The position numbers and the translations under genes were made by a program. Below are positions 10,254 to 19,321 of a stretch of 64,000 bases of DNA, piece after piece; position 1 is the stretch's first letter, and each line of letters starts with the position of its first letter. The stretch is from Clostridiales bacterium. GTDB taxonomy: Bacteria; Bacillota; Clostridia; Lachnospirales; UBA12420. The DNA lies in contig DMOI01000040.1 of assembly GCA_003452395.1 (NCBI GenBank), positions 3,508 to 67,507 of the forward strand, written 5' to 3'. Below the pieces are notes generated by a model. That model worked only from the letters and a program-made list of their open reading frames with translations, ran no database searches and was not told where the DNA came from.

Positions 10254-10784
10254 ATGATATTTGTAGGTGGGGTCCATGGTGTAGGAAAGTCACATTTCTG
10301 CGATATAATTGCAGAACAAATGGATATACTGATATGTTCTGCGAGCAAGTTGATTTTTGATCTAAAAAAAGAAAATCCTAAAGAGGATAAAAAGGTTATT
10401 GATATACAAAAAAATCAAGATTACCTTGTCGATGCAATTAATCAAATGAACCTAAAAGAAAATTACGTATTAGATGGTCATTTTTGTTTGCTAGATTCGA
10501 ATGGAAATGTAGTTAGAATTCCATATAATACATTTGAAAGAATCAACCCCCAAGCTATGATTATTATCTGTGACTCAGTTGATCAGATCGCCCAAAGACT
10601 AGAAGAACGAGATGGGATAATACATGATAAAGATGCGATTGAAAACTTTCAAAATGAAGAATTAAAATATGCAAAAGAAATCTCAGACTCATTAAATATT
10701 AAATATCTAGTCTATAATAATTCGGAAGAAATAGATGTCGCGATTGATTTTATAAAGAATAGTGAAAATGAAATGGAAGTTTAA
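10254..10784 (+). CDS. P-loop NTPase / small nucleoside(-tide) kinase-like ATP-binding protein
   Basis: 176 aa. Walker A at the extreme N-terminus (FVGGVHGVGKS). Size and layout resemble adenylate-kinase-like AAA_18-type proteins. Confidence 0.6.
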   Translation: MIFVGGVHGVGKSHFCDIIAEQMDILICSASKLIFDLKKENPKEDKKVIDIQKNQDYLVDAINQMNLKENYVLDGHFCLLDSNGNVVRIPYNTFERINPQAMIIICDSVDQIAQRLEERDGIIHDKDAIENFQNEELKYAKEISDSLNIKYLVYNNSEEIDVAIDFIKNSENEMEV

Positions 10785-10951
10785 CTTTTGTAGGAAATTT
10801 AGCAAAGAAAGGGATACATATATAAATAGCATTATCATGGTGGCAAAAAAATAATGGTAATTTAAATTAAAGTAACTAAAAGACTTGAATTCTAAGGAAT
10901 TCAAGTCTTTTTTATTTACTAGTAATGACACGAAAAACGAATATTCAATAA

Positions 10952-11476
10952 CTAATTAGTATTAGGAACACAGATCTTTTGACCAATAAGTAGCGCTCTT
11001 GGATTTATATCTGGGTTAGTTCTAGAAAGAGAACAGACAGTAGTACCATATTTTTGTGCTAATGTATAAAAAGTATCTCCTTCTTTAATAGTATATTCTA
11101 TCATGTTTAAAGGACATCTAACTGGAGGAGTAGCTAAAGGAACACAGATAACTTGATCAATATATAAATTATCTATATCAATATTTGGATTCGATTCTAC
11201 CAAATCATACACTGAGATATTAAAAAATCTAGCAATACCATAAAAAGTATCTCCATTTTTTACTGTATAATAATTGCCCTCAGGACAAGGCGACAACGTT
11301 GGTTTGGAAGGAACACATAAAGTATTCCCTACGTACAGTGTAGAATAATAACCAATATCTGGATTTAGAGATAGTATAGAAGTAATACTAACATTAAATT
11401 TTTTTGCAATACGAACCAAGTTATCATTTTGTACAATAGTATATAAAAATGCACCATCAGGACATTCACGTGGCAT
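10952..11476 (-). CDS. Triple LysM-domain protein without signal peptide (SafA/spore-coat-like)
   Basis: 174 aa. Three LysM repeats, each framed by Cys (CP..Y.V..GDT...IA......L...NP......L..GQ.ICVP). No N-terminal hydrophobic segment. Confidence 0.8.
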   Translation of the reverse strand: MPRECPDGAFLYTIVQNDNLVRIAKKFNVSITSILSLNPDIGYYSTLYVGNTLCVPSKPTLSPCPEGNYYTVKNGDTFYGIARFFNISVYDLVESNPNIDIDNLYIDQVICVPLATPPVRCPLNMIEYTIKEGDTFYTLAQKYGTTVCSLSRTNPDINPRALLIGQKICVPNTN

Positions 11477-11745
11477 AAATCACACCTCTTTTTTTATATT
11501 ATATTTCTATAATATGAAAAATATAATTCAAAGTGCAAGGACATAAAAATAATAATATAAAACCATTGTTAGATTATATATTATAATATATATATAGATC
11601 AAAAAACCTATAGTAATAAATAAACCAAATGAAATGAAAACACAAAGAGCAGAGGTTATTTTACTACCTGTCTTTTTATTTTAACGATTGGCTCACCTTT
11701 TTTATTTGGTGTGATTTTATATCGTTAAGATTAAAATGCATATTA

Positions 11746-13680
11746 TCATTTTTCATAGACATCTAAATCATCTCCTTCAAAGTTAGGTTCATCATCGTAT
11801 TTTATATATATTGCGGCTTTTGGTGCGGTGTCAACGGATAAGTCTTCTATACGTTCTAGTGGAATATCCAATTTTTCTCTTCCGTTATAAACTCCTAAAA
11901 TACAGCCAGTTTCTTTGTCTGCAATTATTGTTACTTTGGGAATTTCTTCTTCTGAATTTTTTATTCCATGTTTATGTTCTTTTTTTGCTTCCCAAAGCTT
12001 TTGGTCAGCTTCTTTGCGAGTCTCACTAGGTAATTTAATATGATCATCAGTAGTATGTTCGCATATAACGCCGGAAATATTAATTTGGAAGTCATTCTTT
12101 TGGTTACTATTGTATTGTTCCGCTCCTGCAGATATTTTACTTATGATTTCTGCTATCTTGTTTTTTTTGTCTGTCTCATTAGAAAAGTCTAATAAATCAT
12201 CGGGTATAACTATGTCAAATTCATCTCCGCCAGTTCTTATAATGAATCCTTTTCCATCTAAAGCATCATTAATCAATTGAACAGAGTCTTTAAGTAACTT
12301 ACTACCAGATTTATCACCAAGTTCTTCATTAATGATACGTAAATTGTTAATATCGAATACAATCCTTGTTGATTGTTTATAAACATGAGATAAAACAGTA
12401 CCAATCTCCTTTGAGAAAGCACCGGTGACCTTATCTTTTATTAATAATTTAGAAAGTTTATTAAATATCATACCAAAATCATGGTTATCAATTAAAGCAT
12501 CAAAATCTTTGGTTATCAAACATCTAAGGATGCTATAATCATCTTCCACATTATTATCAGTAGTGACTGAAGCATCTAATTTATTAGATGCTTTTACCTG
12601 TTTATATAATTCTGCTTGCTTTCCATTAAGCATAAGTATATTAGGAAGAGCATTATATTGCTCTTCATTTAATATAAAGCCTTCTATCTCGTCTGTCTCA
12701 TCATTGGAAATTAATTCGAAAGAATCTTTTTGCAGATTTACAACAGGAGCATCCTTTTGAGAGTGACATATCTCTGTAACTGCATCAATAGACGTTCTAA
12801 GGTTATATGTTTGAGTTTCTGAATCATAAAGTTTGCTACAACCAGTTAAAAAATTAATCGGATAGTTTGTATTGTCTAAATTATGTTCATTTACTTTAGA
12901 AGTTACTGTATTGATAATTTCTTGGGGATTTGATCCTATGTCAGGTATTAGTAAAAATTTATCTCCATCTAACCTAATTACTTTGCCAGATGCACCGCAG
13001 AAAATTTCTGCTGCAGATCTTATATATTTATCACCCTCATCATGTCCACCATCTGGAGAATCATTGATTTCTTTTAGACCTTTAAGTTCAAACATTATAA
13101 TACTAGAATCTAAATTTGCTTTTTTAGATTGTTCTATATTTTCTTTTGCCAAAATTGATAGAGCTTCTCTCTTGAAAATATTAGTATTAACGGTACCATC
13201 AATAATAAGAAAATAAAAGCTTTCTAATAGTTCTTTGTGAAAATCTTTACTATCAATTTCACTAAGAATTCTAAAATGTTTATCTGCTAAATCAATTTTA
13301 GAGTCCATAACTTCATTATGTTCTTTGACAAGCTTAATACGATCCCCCATAAAGTATCCATAAGCCTCGATTAAATCTTTATTATAATCCTTTAAGAATT
13401 CTAAATCTTTCAAGAAACCCAAATCTCCTAGTAATTCTAAATCTCCTAGTAATTCTGAGTTTTCTTTAAAAAATTTTGCATATTCCTCGACATTATGTAT
13501 ATCTACAAACTCATTCTCAATATTTCTTAAAGAATCAGAGTTGCTTTGTAAGGCATGTGTTTTTTGTTCTAGATTTATTTTGGTTTTGGGTTTAGAGATA
13601 AATGCAGCAACTATTGCAAGATAAGTAGCAAAAGAAGCACTGTTTATATCAGGATGTTTATTCTCTATATTAGCATTCAT
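11746..13680 (-). CDS. Cytoplasmic tandem GGDEF-domain protein (degenerate domain 1 DGDKF; intact domain 2 GGDEF)
   Basis: 644 aa, no TM segment. Domain 1: ...MFELKGLKEINDSPDGGHDEGDKYI...VIRLDGDKFLLIPD. Domain 2: DKVTGAF...VFDINNLRIINEELGDKSGSKLL...IIRTGGDEFDIVIPDD...INISGVI...ADQKLWEAKK. N-terminal region has ELLGDL/EFLKDL repeats. Confidence 0.8.
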   Translation of the reverse strand: MNANIENKHPDINSASFATYLAIVAAFISKPKTKINLEQKTHALQSNSDSLRNIENEFVDIHNVEEYAKFFKENSELLGDLELLGDLGFLKDLEFLKDYNKDLIEAYGYFMGDRIKLVKEHNEVMDSKIDLADKHFRILSEIDSKDFHKELLESFYFLIIDGTVNTNIFKREALSILAKENIEQSKKANLDSSIIMFELKGLKEINDSPDGGHDEGDKYIRSAAEIFCGASGKVIRLDGDKFLLIPDIGSNPQEIINTVTSKVNEHNLDNTNYPINFLTGCSKLYDSETQTYNLRTSIDAVTEICHSQKDAPVVNLQKDSFELISNDETDEIEGFILNEEQYNALPNILMLNGKQAELYKQVKASNKLDASVTTDNNVEDDYSILRCLITKDFDALIDNHDFGMIFNKLSKLLIKDKVTGAFSKEIGTVLSHVYKQSTRIVFDINNLRIINEELGDKSGSKLLKDSVQLINDALDGKGFIIRTGGDEFDIVIPDDLLDFSNETDKKNKIAEIISKISAGAEQYNSNQKNDFQINISGVICEHTTDDHIKLPSETRKEADQKLWEAKKEHKHGIKNSEEEIPKVTIIADKETGCILGVYNGREKLDIPLERIEDLSVDTAPKAAIYIKYDDEPNFEGDDLDVYEK

Positions 13681-13776
13681 ACACTCACCCTCATTCTAAC
13701 TACTGTTATGTAAAAAAATGGAATCCACTACATATATTATACATCTATATACAAAAATGTCAATATATGGAGCTGT

Positions 13777-13957
13777 TTTTTTGACAATAAGAAGTGCTCT
13801 TGGATTTGACTCATAAAATTATGCACTGAGATATTAAAAAACTTAGCAATACCATAAAAATTATCTCCTTTTTAATATATACTTTTATAATATGAAAAAG
13901 ATTATCCAAAGTGCATGGATATTAAAATAATAATAAAAACCATTGTCAGATTATATT
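13777..13957 (-). pseudogene. Eroded, internally deleted copy of the LysM gene plus its 5' region
   Basis: 13777-13807 matches 10987-11016. 13821-13868 matches 11207-11254. 13865-13957 matches 11486-11580 (RBS/promoter region). No intact reading frame. Confidence 0.7.
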
Positions 13958-14207
13958 TAATTATATATAATAAAGGCGAAAAGATAAAACTACCATATAT
14001 TATCACTGCAATTTAGAAATGTATAAAAAATCAAAATATTATTTGCACAATTATCTATAAAGTGCTATAATATTACTTAGATATTTTCAAAGCTTAGGAG
14101 TAGCTAAAGCATCTTTTTTAGGGGAAGGAGTGACTAATATATAACTAATATAGGTATTTCAAAATTATAATATAATACATTCGTTAAATCTACAAGAGGG
14201 AATAAAT

Positions 14208-15254
14208 ATGTATGATTTAGAGTTTGTTCATGAGAGAAATAAAATATTAATTAAATTATATTTTGCGTTAGTACTAATCGGACTTTTTGTTGCAGTACCA
14301 AATTCATATGGCTCGTCATGCTTTGTAGAAGTTGTAGTAACTATGCCGACTGCAGCAGGAGTCGCTTTAATTATTACGTATTTTATAAAGATTAAAAAGT
14401 ACATTGTAGCTTCAATGTATGCAATGATATTAAGTATAGGAGCTATTTGTTTTATACTTACATATGCTCATCCGATTGCCTTAAATTATATTTCATTTTT
14501 TATGCTCTTAGGTATGTCTACGTATTATCATAATTATAGGACAGTAATTCTTTCGTCAATAATTATCCTGTTTTCAACTAATTACTTTATGGTTATGGAT
14601 GGATCAGTTGTATTTCAAAGATTACCAGGAGATAATTTTATAAACATGGCTGTAGCAGCTAACATTGTTGTAATTATGGTTTGTATGATGGTGATAGGGC
14701 AAATATATATTGGCAAAAAAATGCTAAAACAGATAACTAGTACATATGAAAAACTTGAGAAGACTCAGAAGGAGCTTATTATTGATGAGTTAACAGGTAT
14801 ATACAATTATAGGTATTTTGAGTATATAGTACAAGAAAAGATAAAAAACAAAGATAAGTTTGAACTTATTATGATAGACATGGACAAGTTTAAAAATGTA
14901 AATGATACATTTGGACATTTAGCTGGTAATAAAGTGTTACAAGATTTAACAAATTTTATAAAATCAAAATTAGATGATAAAGATATATTTTGCAGATTTG
15001 GAGGAGACGAATTTTTTATAATATTGAATAATCTAGAAACTGCTGAGGAAACAGCAGAAAATATTATGAAAGACAAGAAAAAAATCTGTACGCTATATGA
15101 AGGTAATAAAATAAATTATGAGTTTAGTGTGGGACTATATAAACATGAAAATGAAAATGAAGATATAGACTATAAAGAAATAATAGAAAAAGTTGATAAA
15201 GCGATGTATGAAGCGAAACAAACAGGCGGAAATAAAATAATGAGATGTGGGTGA
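14208..15254 (+). CDS. Membrane-anchored GGDEF-domain diguanylate-cyclase-like protein
   Basis: 348 aa. About 5-6 N-terminal TM helices, then DELTGIYNYRYF...IMIDMDKFKNVNDTFGHLAGNKVL...CRFGGDEFFIIL...SVGL...AMYEAKQTGGNK. Confidence 0.88.
   Translation: MYDLEFVHERNKILIKLYFALVLIGLFVAVPNSYGSSCFVEVVVTMPTAAGVALIITYFIKIKKYIVASMYAMILSIGAICFILTYAHPIALNYISFFMLLGMSTYYHNYRTVILSSIIILFSTNYFMVMDGSVVFQRLPGDNFINMAVAANIVVIMVCMMVIGQIYIGKKMLKQITSTYEKLEKTQKELIIDELTGIYNYRYFEYIVQEKIKNKDKFELIMIDMDKFKNVNDTFGHLAGNKVLQDLTNFIKSKLDDKDIFCRFGGDEFFIILNNLETAEETAENIMKDKKKICTLYEGNKINYEFSVGLYKHENENEDIDYKEIIEKVDKAMYEAKQTGGNKIMRCG
14589..14959 (+). repeat. 371-bp direct repeat, copy 1 (inside the membrane GGDEF gene)
   Basis: Collinear with 16509-16879 at a constant offset of 1920 nt. 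About 11 mismatches by manual count, no indels. Confidence 0.9.
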
Positions 15255-15577
15255 AAGTAAATTGTATGTAACACAATATGAGGTTAAATAAATGATAATA
15301 TGAAATTTCTATGGAAAGAAATATATGACGCATAAATTTTAAAAATAAGTTATTATATCAAACTAATTATATACTGCGAATATATCCTAAAATATATTTA
15401 ACAAGTGCTTATTAGGGGAATGACTTACTGAAGAGCCGTATGCCTTAACAGGTCACGTGCCTCTACCAAACTGGAGGAGGAAGTTCAATAAAAGTGGCTA
15501 AAAAGCCTTTAAATATAAGTTTTTTTGAATTTGAAAATCGGCTATTATACATTATTTTTAAGGAGGTGATATTTATT

Positions 15578-16453
15578 ATGGTGTTGTCTAATTATTTACC
15601 AGATAATGAAAAAGTTATTTATAAATGTGAAAAGAAACTATGGATTGTTATAGCATATATTTGTTTTTTGATTTTATTTTTAATAGTCTTTGGAATTGCG
15701 TCTAAAGAGATAGTAAGTTATTATACAGAAGGTAATGTTATTTTTGATATGGTAAGTGATTATTCTTTGATGCTGATTACGGCTATATTTATAGTGATAT
15801 TAATTAGTGCAGGTGTCAGTTATATTTTTGATATATTTTTAATAACCAATAATTATATAGTTATAAGACGTGGTATACTGGGAGAAATATGTTTAATTAA
15901 AAGAAAACAAATAGTAGCGAAACGCGAAATAGTTATTACCGAAAAAGTAGCGAAATGTTATAAAGTTGAGTTTCTTTTAAAAAATGGTAAAATAATAAAT
16001 TCAGGTGACTTACACTGCAACTCTAGTACGTATTATGATTTAAATGGAAAACTTAATTATCCTAAGGTTGAAAATAAAAAAGATTTTTTAAATTTCAAAA
16101 TCAATTCAGATAATAATGTTTTAGTTAAGAAAAATTTAAATTTTTCTATAATAGGCTATGGTGTGTACTTGATTTTAATGATTTTCTCTTTACTTCTTTT
16201 TAGTGGAATTAATGAGAAATACGGTGAGCAAAAAAAATTTGAATTGCATGGAATAAGTAACAAATACACGGGATACAATAAAGGTACTATATATTATATT
16301 TCAATATTAGAAGATCAAAGTCAAAAAGAGTATAATATACATGTAAGTGGAGATATCTATGATTCTATTACACCTAATAAAAAAATTAAAGTTACAGGGA
16401 AGACAGGCTGCTTAGGTATTGTATATGACTTGAAAATGGTAAATATAGATTAA
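15578..16453 (+). CDS. Membrane protein with YdbS/YdbT-like bacterial PH (bPH_2) domain and a second TM plus a C-terminal beta-rich domain
   Basis: Start moved to ATG 15578, behind an AGGAGG RBS (track start 15494 is GTG with no RBS). LPDNEKVIYKCEKK + two TM + NNYIVIRRGILGEICLIKRKQIV is the bPH_2 pattern. Confidence 0.6.
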   Translation: MVLSNYLPDNEKVIYKCEKKLWIVIAYICFLILFLIVFGIASKEIVSYYTEGNVIFDMVSDYSLMLITAIFIVILISAGVSYIFDIFLITNNYIVIRRGILGEICLIKRKQIVAKREIVITEKVAKCYKVEFLLKNGKIINSGDLHCNSSTYYDLNGKLNYPKVENKKDFLNFKINSDNNVLVKKNLNFSIIGYGVYLILMIFSLLLFSGINEKYGEQKKFELHGISNKYTGYNKGTIYYISILEDQSQKEYNIHVSGDIYDSITPNKKIKVTGKTGCLGIVYDLKMVNID

Positions 16454-16508
16454 AGAAGTTTTAGTAGTAAAAATACGATTAAACAAAAGAGAGTGTAAAA
16501 TAAAGGTA

Positions 16509-16879
16509 ATGGTTATGGATGGATCAGTTGTATTTCAAAGGTTATCAAGAGACAATTTTATAAACATGGCTGTAGCAGCTAACATTGTTGTAATTATGGT
16601 TTGTATGATGGTGATAGGGCAAATATATATCGGCAAAAAAATGCTAAAACAGATAACTAGTACATATGAAAAACTTGAGAAGACTCAGAAGGAGCTTATT
16701 ATTGATGAGTTAACAGGTATATACGATTATAGGTATTTTGAGTACATAGTACAAGAAAAGATAAAAAATAAAGATAAGTTTGAACTTATTATGATAGACA
16801 TGGACAAGTTTAAAAATGTAAATGATACATTTGGTCATTTGGCTGGTAATAAAGTGCTACAAGATTTAACAAATTTTAT
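16509..16879 (+). repeat. 371-bp direct repeat, copy 2
   Basis: See 14589-14959. Similarity ends abruptly after ...caaattttat. Confidence 0.9.
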
Positions 16880-16919
16880 TGAAGAATGCAAAAAGATAAG
16901 TTCAACAGGAAATAAATAA
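16509..16919 (+). pseudogene. Truncated duplicate of the membrane GGDEF gene (last TM to mid-GGDEF domain, lacks the GGDEF motif)
   Basis: 136-aa ORF about 97% identical at nucleotide level to codons ~128-251 of 14208-15254. It then reads 13 unrelated codons and stops before the RxGGDEF active site. Confidence 0.75.
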
Positions 16920-16950
16920 ATAAATAAATAAATATTTTAAAAATAATTCA

Positions 16951-16978
16951 AAAACGTATTGAAAATAATACGTTTTTT
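16951..16978 (+). terminator. Rho-independent terminator
   Basis: aaaacgtatt-gaaaat-aatacgtttt stem-loop followed by a T run. Confidence 0.7.
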
Positions 16979-17026
16979 CTTTATAATATAAATAACATAT
17001 ATATTTTAAAATAATGAGGGATTATC

Positions 17027-17827
17027 ATGGTAATAACGAGTTCAGAAAATATAATTGTGAAAGATGCAATGAAGCTTAAACAAAAAAAATATAGGGATGA
17101 GGAAAACAAATTTGTAATTGAAGGATTTAAAATGGTTTCAGAAATTCCGATAGACTGGGATGTATATAGAATTATTGTTTCTGAAAAGCTTCCAGAAGGG
17201 CAGAGACTTAAACTCGATCGATTTGAAAAAAGAATTCTTTTTACAGTGTCAGAAAGTATATTTAAAAGGCTATCTGATACTGAAGAGCCCCAAGGAGTCA
17301 TGGCTATATGCTATAAAAGAGATTATTTTTTGAATAGGGTGTTAGGAAAAGAAAAATTAAATATATTTATATTAGAAGAAATACAAGATCCGGGTAATCT
17401 AGGTACAATAATAAGAACTGCAGATGCTACAAAGGTTGATGCTATTTTAGTCTCAAAAAAATCAGCAGATTTGTATAATCCAAAAACCATTAGGTCAACG
17501 ATGGCATCAATATTTCACATACCCATTTTTACGGATATTGATATTAAAGAAATGTATGAAATTCTTAAAAGTAAAAAAATAAAAATATTGGCAACTCATC
17601 TAAACACCGATAAAAATATATACAATATTAAGTTAAATGAAAGTATATGCGTTGTTATTGGCAATGAGTCAAGAGGAATATCAGATACTGCATTTAAGGG
17701 TGCTGATTTGTTGTTTAAAATACCTATGATAGGACAAGCAGAATCACTCAATGCAAGTATAGCTGCAAGTGTTACAATGTATGAAATATTACGACAAAGA
17801 ATGTATTGTAGGCAGGAGAAAATATGA
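17027..17827 (+). CDS. TrmH/SpoU-family RNA 2'-O-methyltransferase (group 3, RlmB/YsgA-like)
   Basis: 266 aa. EEIQDPGNLGTIIRTADA, VIGNESRGIS and SLNASIAASVTMYE motifs of SPOUT methyltransferases. Confidence 0.88.
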   Translation: MVITSSENIIVKDAMKLKQKKYRDEENKFVIEGFKMVSEIPIDWDVYRIIVSEKLPEGQRLKLDRFEKRILFTVSESIFKRLSDTEEPQGVMAICYKRDYFLNRVLGKEKLNIFILEEIQDPGNLGTIIRTADATKVDAILVSKKSADLYNPKTIRSTMASIFHIPIFTDIDIKEMYEILKSKKIKILATHLNTDKNIYNIKLNESICVVIGNESRGISDTAFKGADLLFKIPMIGQAESLNASIAASVTMYEILRQRMYCRQEKI

Positions 17828-19176
17828 AAAAAGAAATCTATATTGAAGGTAAAATTGAGGATGTAAAGTTTCCAAATAAGTCAATCCTAGAGCATGAAGG
17901 GAAAAAAGTTGTGGTAAAAGGTGGACTTATAGGGCAAACTGTGAGAGTTAGAGCAATAAGTAAAAGGGGCAGATTACAGGGGAAAATAGTTGAGGTTTTA
18001 GAGAAATCTCCGTATGAAAAGAAGGCATTATGCATGCATTTTGATACTTGTGGAGGGTGCACATATCAAAATTTAAGATATAGAGAGCAACTAAAGCTAA
18101 AACAAGATCAAGTAAAGAGTATATTAGATGAAGTTATAGATTATAAATATAAATTTTGTTCAATAGAGCCTAGTCCTACTGAATACGGATATAGAAATAA
18201 AATGGAGTTTTCTTTTGGTGATGAATATAAAGGGGGAGAGTTAACTCTAGGACTACACAAGAGTGCCTCTATGTATGATGTAATAACTACATCGAATTGC
18301 CAAATAGTAGATAAAGATTATAGGAAAATTCTTTGTGTTGTACTGCACTTTTTTAAAAAGCTTAACATTGATTATTATAACAGAAAGACACATATTGGTG
18401 GTTTGAGACATCTTATAATAAGAAAAGCTTCAAAAACAAATGAAATTATGGTAAATATAGTTACAAGTTCACAAATAGATGTTGATTTTAATCATTTTGC
18501 ACACAAACTTTTAAATATAAAACTAGATGGAGCTATAGAAAGTGTGATACATACTATTAATGATTCAATTTCTGATGTTGTTAAACCTGAAAAAATTGAA
18601 GTTTTATATGGAAGGGATTATATTGTCGAAGATATTTTAGGACTTAAATTTAAGATATCGCCATTTTCATTTTTTCAAACTAATTCTCTTGCGGCAGAGA
18701 AATTATATTCTATTATAAAAGGATTTGTGGGATTTACAAACAATAAAGTAATATTTGATCTTTATTCTGGTACAGGAACTATTGCTCAAATAATTGCTGT
18801 TGTTGCAAAAAAAGTATATGGTATTGAACTCATCGAAGAAGCAGTAGAAGCTGCACGTGAAAATGCTAAAATTAATGGACTGAAAAATTGTGAATTTATA
18901 GCAGGTGATTTGCTAGAAAAAATAGAAGAACTAAAGGATGAACCGCACGTAATAGTTATAGATCCACCAAGAGCTGGAATACATCCTAAGGCACTAGAAA
19001 AGATTATTAATTTTGATGCCGAGCATATAATATATGTTTCTTGTAATCCTATAACACTTGCAAATGATTTAAAGATATTGCAGGAAAATGGATATGATGT
19101 AGAAAAGGTTCAATGCGTGGATATGTTTCCGCACACACCTCATGTGGAGACTGTTGTGAAACTATCAGCGAATTGA
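17824..19176 (+). CDS. TrmA/RumA-family 23S rRNA (uracil-C5)-methyltransferase with TRAM domain and Fe-S cluster
   Basis: 450 aa. N-terminal TRAM-like barrel, Cys cluster CMHFDTCGGCTYQ, SAM fold DLYSGTGTI, catalytic YVSCNP. ATGA overlap with the upstream gene. Confidence 0.9.
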   Translation: MKKEIYIEGKIEDVKFPNKSILEHEGKKVVVKGGLIGQTVRVRAISKRGRLQGKIVEVLEKSPYEKKALCMHFDTCGGCTYQNLRYREQLKLKQDQVKSILDEVIDYKYKFCSIEPSPTEYGYRNKMEFSFGDEYKGGELTLGLHKSASMYDVITTSNCQIVDKDYRKILCVVLHFFKKLNIDYYNRKTHIGGLRHLIIRKASKTNEIMVNIVTSSQIDVDFNHFAHKLLNIKLDGAIESVIHTINDSISDVVKPEKIEVLYGRDYIVEDILGLKFKISPFSFFQTNSLAAEKLYSIIKGFVGFTNNKVIFDLYSGTGTIAQIIAVVAKKVYGIELIEEAVEAARENAKINGLKNCEFIAGDLLEKIEELKDEPHVIVIDPPRAGIHPKALEKIINFDAEHIIYVSCNPITLANDLKILQENGYDVEKVQCVDMFPHTPHVETVVKLSAN

Positions 19177-19321
19177 AATTAATGTAAAAACACATAAAAG
19201 AAGTAAGTCAGTAAGATTCAAAAGTTATATATTTAATGTAACTAATAAGGAGTTGCTTAGCTACATACCAAGTGGGTGAAAATAACTTTTACAATTCTAA
19301 TTTATTTAAGGGGGTGATATT

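Noticed and set aside
15415-15480. Fragment resembling the conserved 'GAGCCGTATG...CACGT' segment often seen in group II intron/IS-flanking sequences (translates as LKSRMP / EEPYAL)
   Set aside because: The match is short and recalled from memory only. The expected complementary arm (…CGTACGG) is absent, and no RT or transposase ORF is nearby. This is not enough to call a mobile-element remnant.
16912-16936. (TAAA)n microsatellite after the truncated GGDEF copy
   Set aside because: It is a short (about 5 units) A/T-rich run in an AT-rich spacer with no evident function beyond containing stop codons.
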